Assembly (NCBI GenBank): GCA_021791275.1
Contig: JAJYWX010000007.1
Location: 4,918-68,917, forward strand
DNA: 64,000 nt
Origin: a bacterium
Lineage (GTDB): Bacteria > Patescibacteriota > Dojkabacteria > JAKAPS01 > JAJZLI01
Direction: 5' to 3'
Every line of letters starts with the position of its first letter. Positions within the stretch are counted from its first letter, which is position 1. Made by a program: the position numbers and the translations under genes. Below, one piece after another: positions 1 to 10,694 of the stretch. The notes below the pieces were generated by a model. The model made no database searches and was not told the DNA's origin. It was given only the letters and a program-made list of their open reading frames with translations.

Positions 1-1
1 A

Positions 2-607
2 CTTATAATTGATGTTCCTAAGGATTATATTGGAGATATATCGACAGAACTTTCAAAAAGAAGAGCAGAACTTGTAAATATGGTAGAAGAAGGAGAGGGA
101 AGAGTAAGATTTTATTATAAAATTTTAACAAAAAATCTTTTTGGTCTAAGATCTGATCTTTTAAATAAAACTAAGGGTATGGCTATAATAAATCATACAT
201 TTTTAGGTTATACTCCAATTTCTGATACTGTAAAATCTGATAGGAATGGAGTTTTAATATCATCAGACCAAGGTACTGCAACTGCATACTCTCTTTTTTC
301 TGCTCAAGACAGGGGAGATCTTTTTATTCCATCTTTTACAAAAGTTTATGCGGGTATGATAATTGGTATAAACAAATACCAAAGAGATATGGAGATTAAT
401 GTAACAAAAGAGAAACATGCAACTAATATGCATACTGAGGGTAGTGATGAGACGATACACCTTTATCCTGTAATTCCATTGACTATAGAGTATGGTATGA
501 ATTTTATAAATGATGATGAATATTTAGAAATTACTCCTAAAAATTTAAGGCTTAGGAAAAAGATTTTAAATAAAGGGGAAAGAGAGAGAAGTAATAAAAA
601 AATATAA
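2..607 (+). CDS. typA: GTPase TypA/BipA, C-terminal part (5' end outside window)
   Basis: Frame open from base 2 (LIIDVPKDYIG...); BipA C-terminal motifs RNGVLIS, RGDLFI, VYAGMIIG, EYLEITPKNLRLRK. Confidence 0.93.
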   Translation, partial: LIIDVPKDYIGDISTELSKRRAELVNMVEEGEGRVRFYYKILTKNLFGLRSDLLNKTKGMAIINHTFLGYTPISDTVKSDRNGVLISSDQGTATAYSLFSAQDRGDLFIPSFTKVYAGMIIGINKYQRDMEINVTKEKHATNMHTEGSDETIHLYPVIPLTIEYGMNFINDDEYLEITPKNLRLRKKILNKGERERSNKKI

Positions 608-630
608 TATTTTGTTATAATGTTTAGAGT

Positions 631-870
631 ATGGATCTCATAATTTATGTTATATTAGGAATAATTTTTGGGGGGATATTTTCTAAAAAGTATAAGATGG
701 CAGGAGGGCTGTATATATATATTATTATAGGTATGATAGGGGCTTTTGCTGGAGGATTATTCTCATCTGCATTTATTACAAAGGATATTTTTATAAATAT
801 ATTTTTATCTATAATATTCTCATTAATTCTTTTATATATATTTAAAATTTTAGTAAATAAAACAAGTTAA
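631..870 (+). CDS. GlsB/YeaQ/YmgE-like (transglycosylase-associated) small membrane protein
   Basis: 79 aa, 3 TM, IIIGMIGAFAGG motif. Confidence 0.7.
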   Translation: MDLIIYVILGIIFGGIFSKKYKMAGGLYIYIIIGMIGAFAGGLFSSAFITKDIFINIFLSIIFSLILLYIFKILVNKTS

Positions 871-873
871 GTT

Positions 874-2076
874 ATGAAAAAATTTCCTAAAGATTTCAAA
901 TGGGGTGTATCAACTTCTTCTTACCAAATAGAAGGAGGAAATAATAATTCAGATTGGGCTTTATGGGAAGAGAAAAGAGGAATTGAGAAGGCTGGGATAG
1001 CTTGTGACTCTTATAGGAAATATGACAAAGATATTGAAGCTTTAGAAAAATTAAATGTAAATGCTTACAGATTTTCTATCGAATGGTCAAGAATAGAGCC
1101 TAAAGATGGTGAATGGAATTTGGAAGCTTTGGAATACTATAAGGATTTAATTAAAAAGCTTAAATCGAAAGGAATTGAGCCATTTGTAACACTTTTTCAT
1201 TTTTCCCTACCTTTATGGATAAGTGAACAAAAAGGATTTGAAAATAAGAAAAGTATTCAATACTTTAAAAGATATACGGAATTTATAGTAGAGAATTTAG
1301 GTGCAGATGTAAATTTTTGGATTACTATAAATGAACCGGTAATTTTTGCTTCATTGGGTTATTTAGATGCAGAATGGCCACCAGGTAAAAGATCGTATAG
1401 AAAATATTTAAAGGTAATAAAAAATCTTGAGCAGTCACACATTATAAGTTATAAAAAAATAAATGAAGTATATAAAAAGTATGGATGGAGTAAGCCTGCA
1501 ATTTCGATGTCTTTTAACAACTCAAATTTTGAAGCTAAAGATTTTCTCTCTAGAATATACATCGGAATTGTAAAATATATATTTAATTACTCTGTCATAA
1601 ATAAGGTAATAAATTATCTTGATTTTATAGGATTAAATGTTTATTTCTATAATGAAATAGAATTTGCACCTTTTAAAGAAGGAAATTTATTTTTTAGGAA
1701 GGTTAAACATGATAATTTAGAAAAGGCAGATGTATTGGGATGGGAGATATATCCTAAAATAATGTATAACCTAGTTACAGATATATATAAAAGGTATAAA
1801 AAGGATATATACATAACAGAGAATGGTATTTCTGATACTGATGATAGTAGAAGAGAAAAGTATATAAAGGATAATTTAAGATATTTATTAAAGAGTATTG
1901 ATGAGGGGGCGAGTGTAAAGGGCTATTTCCATTGGACTTTGTCTGATAATTTTGAATGGGTAAATGGTTATAAAGCTAAATTTGGTCTTTGTTATATAGA
2001 CTCTTCTTCAGAAAGAGTGTTAAAAAAGAGTGGAGAATATTATGCAAAGATAGCTCAAACTAATTCTCTCAATTAA
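874..2076 (+). CDS. Glycoside hydrolase family 1 (beta-glucosidase)
   Basis: FPKDFKWGVSTSSYQIEG, YRFSIEWSRIEP, TINEP (acid/base), ITENG (nucleophile), DNFEW. Confidence 0.95.
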   Translation: MKKFPKDFKWGVSTSSYQIEGGNNNSDWALWEEKRGIEKAGIACDSYRKYDKDIEALEKLNVNAYRFSIEWSRIEPKDGEWNLEALEYYKDLIKKLKSKGIEPFVTLFHFSLPLWISEQKGFENKKSIQYFKRYTEFIVENLGADVNFWITINEPVIFASLGYLDAEWPPGKRSYRKYLKVIKNLEQSHIISYKKINEVYKKYGWSKPAISMSFNNSNFEAKDFLSRIYIGIVKYIFNYSVINKVINYLDFIGLNVYFYNEIEFAPFKEGNLFFRKVKHDNLEKADVLGWEIYPKIMYNLVTDIYKRYKKDIYITENGISDTDDSRREKYIKDNLRYLLKSIDEGASVKGYFHWTLSDNFEWVNGYKAKFGLCYIDSSSERVLKKSGEYYAKIAQTNSLN

Positions 2077-2098
2077 TTTTTTTAAGTAATATATTTAT

Positions 2099-2890
2099 AT
2101 GAAGATTGCAGACGTGCATATACATTCTAATATGTCTGATGGGGTAAGGTCTCCTGAAGATATTGTTGATTATGTGGAGCATTTAAAAGTTCTTAATAAG
2201 ATATATATAACTGATCATGATAACATTGAAGGGTCAATACGTGCTAAAAATTATTCACTTATTAAAGATTATAAGATAGAAGTAGGAATAGGAATTGAAG
2301 TATCGAGTAAAGATTGCCATATATTGGCTTTAGATGTTAAATCTCAGATTAAAAAGGGTATGAGTTTAGAGAGAACTTGTGAAGAAATTGTAAAACAGGG
2401 AGGATTTCCAATTGTAGCTCACCCTTTCAACCCTTATTTTTGGCAATTAAAGCATGATTCTGGCAAGAATTTAGCATTACGTATGATTGATTTAAAGATT
2501 CCTTTTGCATTTGAAGTTAACGGAACTTTAAATTATCCAACATTAGTTTATTCAAAAGGAAGGATATTAGATAAAGTATCATCTATATCTCAGAACAATA
2601 GGAGGGCAATAAAATGTTCTAAAGAGTTTAATATACCAGTAATTGGAGCATCTGATGCACATATGTTGAGAGCAATAGGTAGTGCATATACAGTCTATAC
2701 TAATGATCTTATATCTGATATAAAAAATAATAAAGTTAACTATGGATTTGATTTTTCAAGAAGGAGGGAAGGTTTAATTTATCTTGGGTATCATGTTCTC
2801 TTTGATCCTATTCCTATTAGGAAAAAGTATAAAAGAAAAATGCTCAATATAATACCTAAAGCTAAAAGTAGTAGAAAGTATTTTATCTAA
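2099..2890 (+). CDS. PHP-domain metal-dependent phosphoesterase
   Basis: DVHIHS..SDG, ITDHD, AHP, GASDAH motifs. Confidence 0.9.
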   Translation: MKIADVHIHSNMSDGVRSPEDIVDYVEHLKVLNKIYITDHDNIEGSIRAKNYSLIKDYKIEVGIGIEVSSKDCHILALDVKSQIKKGMSLERTCEEIVKQGGFPIVAHPFNPYFWQLKHDSGKNLALRMIDLKIPFAFEVNGTLNYPTLVYSKGRILDKVSSISQNNRRAIKCSKEFNIPVIGASDAHMLRAIGSAYTVYTNDLISDIKNNKVNYGFDFSRRREGLIYLGYHVLFDPIPIRKKYKRKMLNIIPKAKSSRKYFI

Positions 2891-2896
2891 AGAATT

Positions 2897-3343
2897 TTGA
2901 AAGATTTATTTAATAAATTATATAAATATTTTATAGTTGGGATAATAGGTATATTAGTAGATAATATAGCTATTATAGCACTTGAATATTTATTGGGAAT
3001 ATCTCCAGATATTGCAACTCTTATTTCTGCTGAGGTTGGAAATATAAATAATTTTATATTTAATGATAAATGGACATTTAAAGATAGAAAATCAGGAGCT
3101 TTTTGGGAAAGGATTTTAAAATATCATATATCAATAAGTGTTGGATTTATAGTTTCACGTTTAATACTATTTCCGATTTTCTATAATATGTTTATAGCAC
3201 ATACTGATAAATTTATATCAACTCTTGCAGCTAATAATATTAGTATATTTCTCTCTTTTATTATTAATTTTTCCTTAAATATATTGTTCACATGGGGTAA
3301 AAAAGGTGGGGAAGTTGCTATAGAGGATACTGAGCTAAGGTAG
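2897..3343 (+). CDS. GtrA-family lipid-linked sugar flippase-like protein
   Basis: KYFIVG, NNFIFNDKWTF, NFSLNILFTW; 4 TM. Confidence 0.85.
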   Translation: MKDLFNKLYKYFIVGIIGILVDNIAIIALEYLLGISPDIATLISAEVGNINNFIFNDKWTFKDRKSGAFWERILKYHISISVGFIVSRLILFPIFYNMFIAHTDKFISTLAANNISIFLSFIINFSLNILFTWGKKGGEVAIEDTELR

Positions 3344-4825
3344 CTTTGCCCATAAAAATGAGTTGGGGTGTAGAGAAATCTTATCCTTTTCTAGTTCCTT
3401 AATATTATATCCAAAAATTATAGAGAAATCTTTTTTTACTTCAATTTCTCTATTTTTTATATTATGAATAAACAAAAGGTTGTCTTTTCTATATGATAGA
3501 AGATTATCATTTATAAAGTGGGGTTGAGGATAAATATATGATATTTTTTCTTCATATTTTTTTCTTATTTTTATAATAGATATTAAATTTTTAAGTATTT
3601 TTTTGTTATATTTTTCCCAATTAATACTATCTCTTATAATATCTCTTTTATCATATCCTTTCTTTTTTCTTATCATTTCATTGTCGTGCATACCTCTTTC
3701 ATCCCCCATATAAATTATAGGTGTTCCAGAAAGGCTAAGTAGTATTGAGAATGAAATTAGGACTTTGTCATCTGAGCTTAATAAGTCAATTAGTCTTTTT
3801 GATATTCCTCCGTTGAATATATATTTTTTATCTTTATCAAAATTTTTAATATAAACATTATATAGTTTGCTACCTAAATTTGAGAGTGTCATTTCATCGT
3901 GGTTTCTTAGAAAGGAGGCAAATTGTGCTTTATCATTTTTCAGTCTATATCTTTCTAAATTTCTTGTTATATATTTAGGATTTCCGGTTTTTACACACAA
4001 GAGAGTTCTTTGCATTAAATGAAAATTGAATGACATTTCAACTTCATTAAGATATTTCTTGATTTTGCCTATTTTTTCATTTGCCTCAGTTATAAAAATT
4101 ATATTAGGATGTATTTTATTAACTTCCTTTTTAAGTATTTTTATAGTATTGTGTGTTTCTTTTAAATCCTCACAAGAGGTATTTTCTTTTTTTATAAGGT
4201 ATGGTGCTGCATCTATTCTTATTCCATCTACTCCTAATTTGGCCCAAAATGATATTATATCAATAAATTCATTTAATACATTTTTATTTTCCCAATTAAG
4301 ATCTGGCTGATATTTATAGAATCTATGAAAGTAAAATTCTTGCCTTGTTTTAGAGTATTCCCAATTGCTTTTTTCATAATCTGAAAATATTATTGGAGCC
4401 TCTGTGTATTTATTTACATCTTTATTCCAAATATAATAGTCTTTGTATATACTTTCTTTATTTTTAGATTTTATAAACCAAGGGTGTTTATATGAGGTAT
4501 GGTTTATAGGAAGATCCAATATTACTTTTATATTTTTATCATGTAGTTTTTGGCAAAGTAATTTAAAATCATTTATATTTCCCAATTTTTTCCTTATCGA
4601 TTTATAATCTGTTACGTCATATCCATAATCTTTTAATGTAGAAGGGTAAGGTGGAAGGATCCAAATACAAGATATTCCAAGATTTTCAAAATAAGGTATC
4701 TTTTCTATGACTCCTTTTATATCTCCTATTCCATCATTATTACTATCAGAAAATAGGTTTATATATAGTTCGTACCATACTCCTTCTTTGTACCAATACC
4801 TTTTCTCTGATTTATTATTTGCCAT
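3335..4825 (-). CDS. GH13 alpha-amylase family, trehalose synthase (TreS)-like
   Basis: DSNNDGIGD, DYGYDVTDY, NHTS..HPWF, FHRFYKYQPDLN, RIDAAPYL, FLRNHDE. Confidence 0.85.
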   Translation of the reverse strand: MANNKSEKRYWYKEGVWYELYINLFSDSNNDGIGDIKGVIEKIPYFENLGISCIWILPPYPSTLKDYGYDVTDYKSIRKKLGNINDFKLLCQKLHDKNIKVILDLPINHTSYKHPWFIKSKNKESIYKDYYIWNKDVNKYTEAPIIFSDYEKSNWEYSKTRQEFYFHRFYKYQPDLNWENKNVLNEFIDIISFWAKLGVDGIRIDAAPYLIKKENTSCEDLKETHNTIKILKKEVNKIHPNIIFITEANEKIGKIKKYLNEVEMSFNFHLMQRTLLCVKTGNPKYITRNLERYRLKNDKAQFASFLRNHDEMTLSNLGSKLYNVYIKNFDKDKKYIFNGGISKRLIDLLSSDDKVLISFSILLSLSGTPIIYMGDERGMHDNEMIRKKKGYDKRDIIRDSINWEKYNKKILKNLISIIKIRKKYEEKISYIYPQPHFINDNLLSYRKDNLLFIHNIKNREIEVKKDFSIIFGYNIKELEKDKISLHPNSFLWAKLP

Positions 4826-4912
4826 CTAATTTATTATATCAAAGGTTTTTTATATGTAAACAAATAGATACTCTATAATTAATTTTTTTTCTGATATATA
4901 ATAACTCTAATT

Positions 4913-5614
4913 ATGTCTATTATCAGTATATTTATATCTGGAATAATAATACTTCTTCTTTTTGTTTTCGCTTTAAGAAAATATTTTAAACATAAAACAA
5001 AATCTAATCTTTTGTATTCTTTGGGATTTTTTGAAACATCTATATCAGTTTTTGCATTTTTAATATCAATATATACTAAGAATCATTTTGCATTCTATTT
5101 ATATTACTTTTTGGGTGCAGGTTTAACCCCAGCTTTATTGGGACTAGGGTCGGTATATCTTTTAAAAGAAAAATTTCATATACAGGATGCACTTTTGATA
5201 ATAACAATAATTGCATCAGTTGCTCTTATAATACTTTTCTATTTCTCTACTTTCTCTAATTTTAATTTTTCACTTCTCACTAATTTAATATTTAAAAACA
5301 TCATTACTGCAAAGGATATTAGGATATCTCTATTGGGTGTGGGAATAATTAATAATGGATATTGGCTAATACCTTTAGTATTTTTAAATACGATAGGAAC
5401 GATTGAAATTTTGTATGTAGCACTTTTCTCTATTATTAAATCGATTAAAAACAAGAATTTTAATAAAAGAACTTTGGGAGTAATATTTATTTTTATAGCA
5501 ACCTTTTTGCTTGCATCAGTGGCTTCCATTTCAAGATTTTATAATATCAGTGTTATTTGGCTCTCATTTCTTTTGGTATGGATAATATTTTTTGCAGGAT
5601 TCAGTTTGGTTTAG
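4913..5614 (+). CDS. Multi-pass membrane protein
   Basis: About 7 hydrophobic segments; no family recognised. Confidence 0.6.
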   Translation: MSIISIFISGIIILLLFVFALRKYFKHKTKSNLLYSLGFFETSISVFAFLISIYTKNHFAFYLYYFLGAGLTPALLGLGSVYLLKEKFHIQDALLIITIIASVALIILFYFSTFSNFNFSLLTNLIFKNIITAKDIRISLLGVGIINNGYWLIPLVFLNTIGTIEILYVALFSIIKSIKNKNFNKRTLGVIFIFIATFLLASVASISRFYNISVIWLSFLLVWIIFFAGFSLV

Positions 5615-5618
5615 ATAA

Positions 5619-6299
5619 ATGATTATCCTATATATATTACTTCTATTAATAATATTGCTTTTTATATATGAGATATATGTAATAGTGTATTTTAAAATTA
5701 AGGTTAAAAGCTATAAAGATTATTGGAATAAAAAAGCAATGGAGGAGGGAGAGTTTGTCTATTTAGCTTTAGGAGATTCCTCTGCACAATCTATTGGTGC
5801 AAGTAAGGTATCTTTAGGGTATGTAGGTATTTTAGAAGAGTATATATCAAAAAAAATAGAAAAAAAGATTAAGGTAATTAATTTATCCTCCACAGGTGCA
5901 GTATTGGATGATGTCATTAAGTATCAAATTCCAAAATTAAAAAAATTACAATTTGATATTGTAACTGTCTCGATAGGGGCAAATGATATTAGAAAAAAAA
6001 TATTAAAAGAAGATATTTATAAAAAATTTGATAAACTCTTTTTTCTTTTACCAAAGGGTAGTTTTGTTGCGGATATACCTTTTTGGGGATCAGGCTATGG
6101 AGAAGAGGTATCTGAATATGTTAAAGGTTTTATTCCCGAATTAGCTAGTAAATATCGTCATATAAATGTAAATCTATATGATTATACAAAAAAGAGAGTA
6201 AGTTTTAAGAATTACTCTCTTGATTTTTTTCATCCTTCCGATTCAGGATATAGAATTTGGGCAGATGCGTTTATAGATAAAATTAAAGATTTTATTTAA
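5619..6299 (+). CDS. SGNH/GDSL hydrolase with N-terminal TM
   Basis: ALGDSS, GAND, DFFHP blocks. Confidence 0.9.
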   Translation: MIILYILLLLIILLFIYEIYVIVYFKIKVKSYKDYWNKKAMEEGEFVYLALGDSSAQSIGASKVSLGYVGILEEYISKKIEKKIKVINLSSTGAVLDDVIKYQIPKLKKLQFDIVTVSIGANDIRKKILKEDIYKKFDKLFFLLPKGSFVADIPFWGSGYGEEVSEYVKGFIPELASKYRHINVNLYDYTKKRVSFKNYSLDFFHPSDSGYRIWADAFIDKIKDFI

Positions 6300-6547
6300 T
6301 TTCTTTCTCTTGCTTCGTTTACAACTAATTCTCTTCCGTCTATTTGTTTACCGTTAAACTCACTAATAGCTTTTTTTGCATCATCTTCATTTTTCATTTC
6401 TACAAAACCAAAACCCCTGCTTCTTCTTGTTTCTTTATCAATGATTATTTTTGCTGAGACGACTTCGCCTACTTCTGAGAAAAGATTTTGTAAATCTTCT
6501 TCGGTAAAATTAAAAGGTAGCTTTGCTACAAAAAGTTTATTTGACAT
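6296..6547 (-). CDS. RRM RNA-binding protein
   Basis: RNP2 LFVAKL, RNP1 RGFGFVEM. Confidence 0.95.
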   Translation of the reverse strand: MSNKLFVAKLPFNFTEEDLQNLFSEVGEVVSAKIIIDKETRRSRGFGFVEMKNEDDAKKAISEFNGKQIDGRELVVNEARERN

Positions 6548-6588
6548 AAATGTATATAAAATAAAATAAAATAAACAAATTAAAAAAA

Positions 6589-7764
6589 TTAAGTAGAAAT
6601 AAAGGTAAGTGCTTTCCCCATTTTGTTTCCTCGTCCTGTTCTTCCTATTCGGTGAATATAGTCTTCATAATTACTGGGTAGATCGAAATTGATTACGTGA
6701 GTAATATCTGAGATATCTAAACCTCTGGAAGCTACATCGGTAGCAACCAATATTTGTACTTTATTTTCTTTAAATTGTGCTAGTGCTTTCTCTCTTTTAT
6801 ATTGAGATTTATCACCATGTATAGATTGTACTCTAAAACCTCTTTTATTTAAAGTGTCTGATAGTTTTTCTGTATCCCTTTTGGTTTTTATGAATATTAA
6901 AACTTTTTTAAATTCATCTTTAATTAGAAGATCATGAAGTATTTCGATTTTATTTTGATCCTTATTCACCTTTATTATATCTTGTGATACGTTCTCTGAA
7001 GGATCCCTTTTGTCAACTGATACGAATATAGGGTCGTTAACAAAAGATTTTAATACCTCCTTAGCCTTATTAGGTAGTGTTGCGGAGAAAAATAGAGATT
7101 GTTTATGAGAGCTAATTTTTGAAATCAAAAAACGTATATCCTCTAAAAATCCCATATCTAACATTGTATCTACCTCATCTAGGACAACAGTGTTAAAATT
7201 ATTCATATCCAATAGGCCTCTTTTATATAGATCTTTTAATCTACCTGGTGTTCCTATAATAAAGTCATTTTTGTTTTTGAGCCTTTGTATTTGTTTTTGT
7301 ATATTGACTCCGCCTATACATATACATGAATATAGATTCATTCCTTCTGATATAGACCTAAATTCTGTATTTATTTGTAATGCTAATTCTCTTGTGGGAG
7401 TTATAATTATAGATTTATTATTATCTCTGAAAGCTTTATCTATTAAAGGTATTAAAAAAGCTGCAGTTTTTCCCGTTCCTGTTTGTGCTAGTCCAACTAC
7501 ATCTTTTGTATTAAGTATTGGATTTATACACTCATCTTGTATTTGTGTGGGGTTTATATAACCTTTATTCTTAAGATTAAGTTTTATTCTTTCTGAAATA
7601 TTAAAATCTGAGAATTTGTTTTTAGAGATAAAATCTTTTTTTTCTGAATTATCGGATTTTTGTGATATAAATTTTTCTATATCTATAAAATCTCTTTTTT
7701 TACTTCTGTTTCTTGAAAAGTTATTCCTTCCTCTTCTATATGAGTTATTTCTATTTCTGTACAT
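6589..7764 (-). CDS. DEAD-box RNA helicase (DEVD variant)
   Basis: Q motif, AQTGTGKT, PTRELA, TPGR, DEVD, SAT, HRIGRTGR. Confidence 0.95.
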   Translation of the reverse strand: MYRNRNNSYRRGRNNFSRNRSKKRDFIDIEKFISQKSDNSEKKDFISKNKFSDFNISERIKLNLKNKGYINPTQIQDECINPILNTKDVVGLAQTGTGKTAAFLIPLIDKAFRDNNKSIIITPTRELALQINTEFRSISEGMNLYSCICIGGVNIQKQIQRLKNKNDFIIGTPGRLKDLYKRGLLDMNNFNTVVLDEVDTMLDMGFLEDIRFLISKISSHKQSLFFSATLPNKAKEVLKSFVNDPIFVSVDKRDPSENVSQDIIKVNKDQNKIEILHDLLIKDEFKKVLIFIKTKRDTEKLSDTLNKRGFRVQSIHGDKSQYKREKALAQFKENKVQILVATDVASRGLDISDITHVINFDLPSNYEDYIHRIGRTGRGNKMGKALTFIST

Positions 7765-7874
7765 TAAATTTTAATATAATTATTCTGATCTATTATGGAT
7801 TCAAAATTTTATATTAAAATTATCTCCATAAGATGACCTTGTAAGTCTAACACAAAAAAAGATATTAGTAAAAT

Positions 7875-8195
7875 TTAGTATTTACCAAGGTCTGTAGGGA
7901 ATTTATATTCCTTCTGAATCCTTTCTAATTTTTTTCTATTAACTTTCTCTGATACACAAATTTGAAAAAACCCAGTACCTTGATCATTTTCATCTAGTCT
8001 TGGTCTTATACTAACATTGTTCTTTCCAAATTTCTTTCTTAATAATGATAATATTTTTTCTGTTTGAGCCTCTTCAGATTCTAGCCCAGGTATGGTAGGT
8101 CTATGCGTTGTAGGATATCTTCTTTCTGCTACAACAACAACGCCTATTTCAGACTCTTCTTCTGTTGTTATTCTTTCTTGTTCTAAACTAACCAT
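7875..8195 (-). CDS. Hypothetical protein
   Basis: ATG ORF with TATAAT-like element just upstream. Confidence 0.55.
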   Translation of the reverse strand: MVSLEQERITTEEESEIGVVVVAERRYPTTHRPTIPGLESEEAQTEKILSLLRKKFGKNNVSIRPRLDENDQGTGFFQICVSEKVNRKKLERIQKEYKFPTDLGKY

Positions 8196-8283
8196 AATAA
8201 TATTATAACAGAACCTATAATATTTTTCAATAGCAAGAATCTTGATTGAAAAAAGAATTTTTATATGACAACATATTATTTAT

Positions 8284-9276
8284 ATGAATAGTGATGAGAA
8301 TAAGGGAAATAAAATAGGTAATTTAGGTGAAAAAGTATTCTCAAAAGAAAATAGTTTAAAAGAAACTTTAATATTAGGGATATGCGTAATTTTTGCTCTA
8401 ATATTAATTGTCATATTTGAGCTTGTTGTAAAATCTATAAATTCAAATGTGCAATATTTTAATTATAACTCTTATAAAGATAATCAAACATCAATTGAAA
8501 GGATTAATTCTTCATATATAATTTTTCCTCAATCATATATTCAGTTAAAAGAAAAACTAAGTTTTATAAATGAAGTTTTAGCAAATAATCAAAAATTGCT
8601 TGATTCCTCTTATTTTTCTTATAAAAATTCCCTTGGAAATACTAGCATTTATCTTACTCAAGAGAAAAATTTATCAAAATTAAATTCACTTAAAAGTATT
8701 AGAAAGCTATCAAATACTTATACATATGAAAGGATACAATCCTTAGAGAATTTTCAAAACTATATTATAAATCTAGAATCTCAAGGTATTCTTTCTAAGA
8801 ATGATTTTTCTATAAAAAATATTTCCAATAAAGTGGAACTTTATATATCAGATTTGAAAACTTTAAATAATGAGATAAATGAATCTAATTCTAAATCCTA
8901 CGATTTGACTCTATTTAATGATTTATTTGGATATAAAATTTACAGAGAGTTTATACCTTATCAGGAGGAATTTATTTATTATAAAATATTAAAATACTTT
9001 AGTCCCAATTACTCTTTAACCTCTATATATATGGGATACTCTATAGATTATTTTAATAAAATCTTTATAAATACATCAAGACTTAATTATTATTATAAAC
9101 TTTTTTCTGAGGACAATTCTTTATATCAGCAATACATTATTAGTTTAGGTGTATATCTAAAAGCAGGAAATTATAATGAAGGAAATATTGCTATTTCCAA
9201 AATCAATTTATCTAGAATATCTTTATATAACAATTTATTAAATTTCAAAGAAATGACATTTACAATTCTAAAATAA
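8284..9276 (+). CDS. Single-TM helical hypothetical protein
   Basis: 330 aa ORF, N-terminal TM. Confidence 0.6.
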   Translation: MNSDENKGNKIGNLGEKVFSKENSLKETLILGICVIFALILIVIFELVVKSINSNVQYFNYNSYKDNQTSIERINSSYIIFPQSYIQLKEKLSFINEVLANNQKLLDSSYFSYKNSLGNTSIYLTQEKNLSKLNSLKSIRKLSNTYTYERIQSLENFQNYIINLESQGILSKNDFSIKNISNKVELYISDLKTLNNEINESNSKSYDLTLFNDLFGYKIYREFIPYQEEFIYYKILKYFSPNYSLTSIYMGYSIDYFNKIFINTSRLNYYYKLFSEDNSLYQQYIISLGVYLKAGNYNEGNIAISKINLSRISLYNNLLNFKEMTFTILK

Positions 9277-9383
9277 AAGAGTTTACAAATAATTGATCTA
9301 ATGCTATTATTGCAACATATTTAAGATACGATAAATTACAAAATGAAACAATCTCGTATTTTATATTGTAAATAAATAAATCT

Positions 9384-10694
9384 ATGTTGGAAAATTTAAA
9401 AAGAAATAAATGGTTATTTATTATAGTGATAGTACTTATTGCTATAGTTTTGGCTTTCTATTTCTTATATCAGAGCCCAAATCTTCAACCTGAAACCACA
9501 TATTATTATAGAACATATAATCAATATTCCAATAATCAAAAAAATAATGACATAATTTTAGGTTCTAATAACAATTTTATTTCAAAGGTAGTGTTTGATA
9601 AAAATTATGGAGGAGCTGGGTTTGATACAACTCCTGTAGTTTCTGGAGATGTGATATATGTTGGGACAATGAATAAATCAAATATGGGGGGAGGTTTGTA
9701 TGCAATTTCCAGATTAAATCATAAAGTTTTATGGTCAGATTCATTTTCTAACTGGATAATGACAAATCCTGTAGTAGTTCCAGAGCAAGGGTTAGTATAT
9801 ATAGGGTCTGGTAATAGTGTGAAATATGGTGTTCAGAGTAAAGGGGTATTATATAGAGGAACGGGTCCTAACTATGTATATGGAATAGCTCTTGATACAG
9901 GTAAGGTTGTTTGGAGATACTCTACGTTAGGACAAGACATGCCTACTCCTATTTATAATAAAGGAGTGTTGTATTTCGTAAATGGAAATAGAGAATTCTA
10001 TGCTTTAAATGCAACTTCTGGAAAATTAATTTGGAAAATATATGTTGGTTCAATTGTATCCATGAGTTCTCCTATACTTATTGGGAATAATGTATATTTT
10101 GGTGGAGCAGATCCTTATAAATTCTTTGATGTAAATATTAAAACAAGAAAAATTCAGTGGGAGACTAGTTTTCCGAAAATCACAGGAGGATTAGATGATA
10201 CAACTCCAGCATACTACAAAGGATATCTTTATACCAATGCTACTATGCTAACTAATAAATCTCAAAATAAGGGTAATGAATATTTATATAAAATAAATGC
10301 ATCCAATGGAACTATTGTATGGTCTCTTAATGAGGGTAATGGAGTTATAAACCTTCCTACTGATCCTATGGAGGGATCAGTTCCAACAATACAAGGGAAT
10401 GTAATATATACAGGGTCAAATACCAGAAGAATGATATTTGCTGTTAATATAGATACACATAAGATACTTTGGACATATAAGATTCATGGAATGATAAATG
10501 CTCCATTTGTTATAATTAAAAATCTAGTGTATGCAGTAACTGGAGATGGTAATATCTATGTATTATCCAAAAAAGATGGTGAATTTATAGCTAAAAGAAC
10601 ATTAGGTGGGCCAGAGATTGCTAGTGGTTTAAGTTTTTATTCTGGTGAATTTTATGTTACAACAGGAAATGGTAATCTTTATATATTAGATTGA
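9384..10694 (+). CDS. Membrane-anchored PQQ-like beta-propeller, tetrathionate hydrolase (TetH)-like
   Basis: Repeated A.d..tGk..W blades; NWIMTNP, GQDMPTP, MSSP, GLDDTTPA resemble recalled TetH motifs. Confidence 0.65.
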   Translation: MLENLKRNKWLFIIVIVLIAIVLAFYFLYQSPNLQPETTYYYRTYNQYSNNQKNNDIILGSNNNFISKVVFDKNYGGAGFDTTPVVSGDVIYVGTMNKSNMGGGLYAISRLNHKVLWSDSFSNWIMTNPVVVPEQGLVYIGSGNSVKYGVQSKGVLYRGTGPNYVYGIALDTGKVVWRYSTLGQDMPTPIYNKGVLYFVNGNREFYALNATSGKLIWKIYVGSIVSMSSPILIGNNVYFGGADPYKFFDVNIKTRKIQWETSFPKITGGLDDTTPAYYKGYLYTNATMLTNKSQNKGNEYLYKINASNGTIVWSLNEGNGVINLPTDPMEGSVPTIQGNVIYTGSNTRRMIFAVNIDTHKILWTYKIHGMINAPFVIIKNLVYAVTGDGNIYVLSKKDGEFIAKRTLGGPEIASGLSFYSGEFYVTTGNGNLYILD

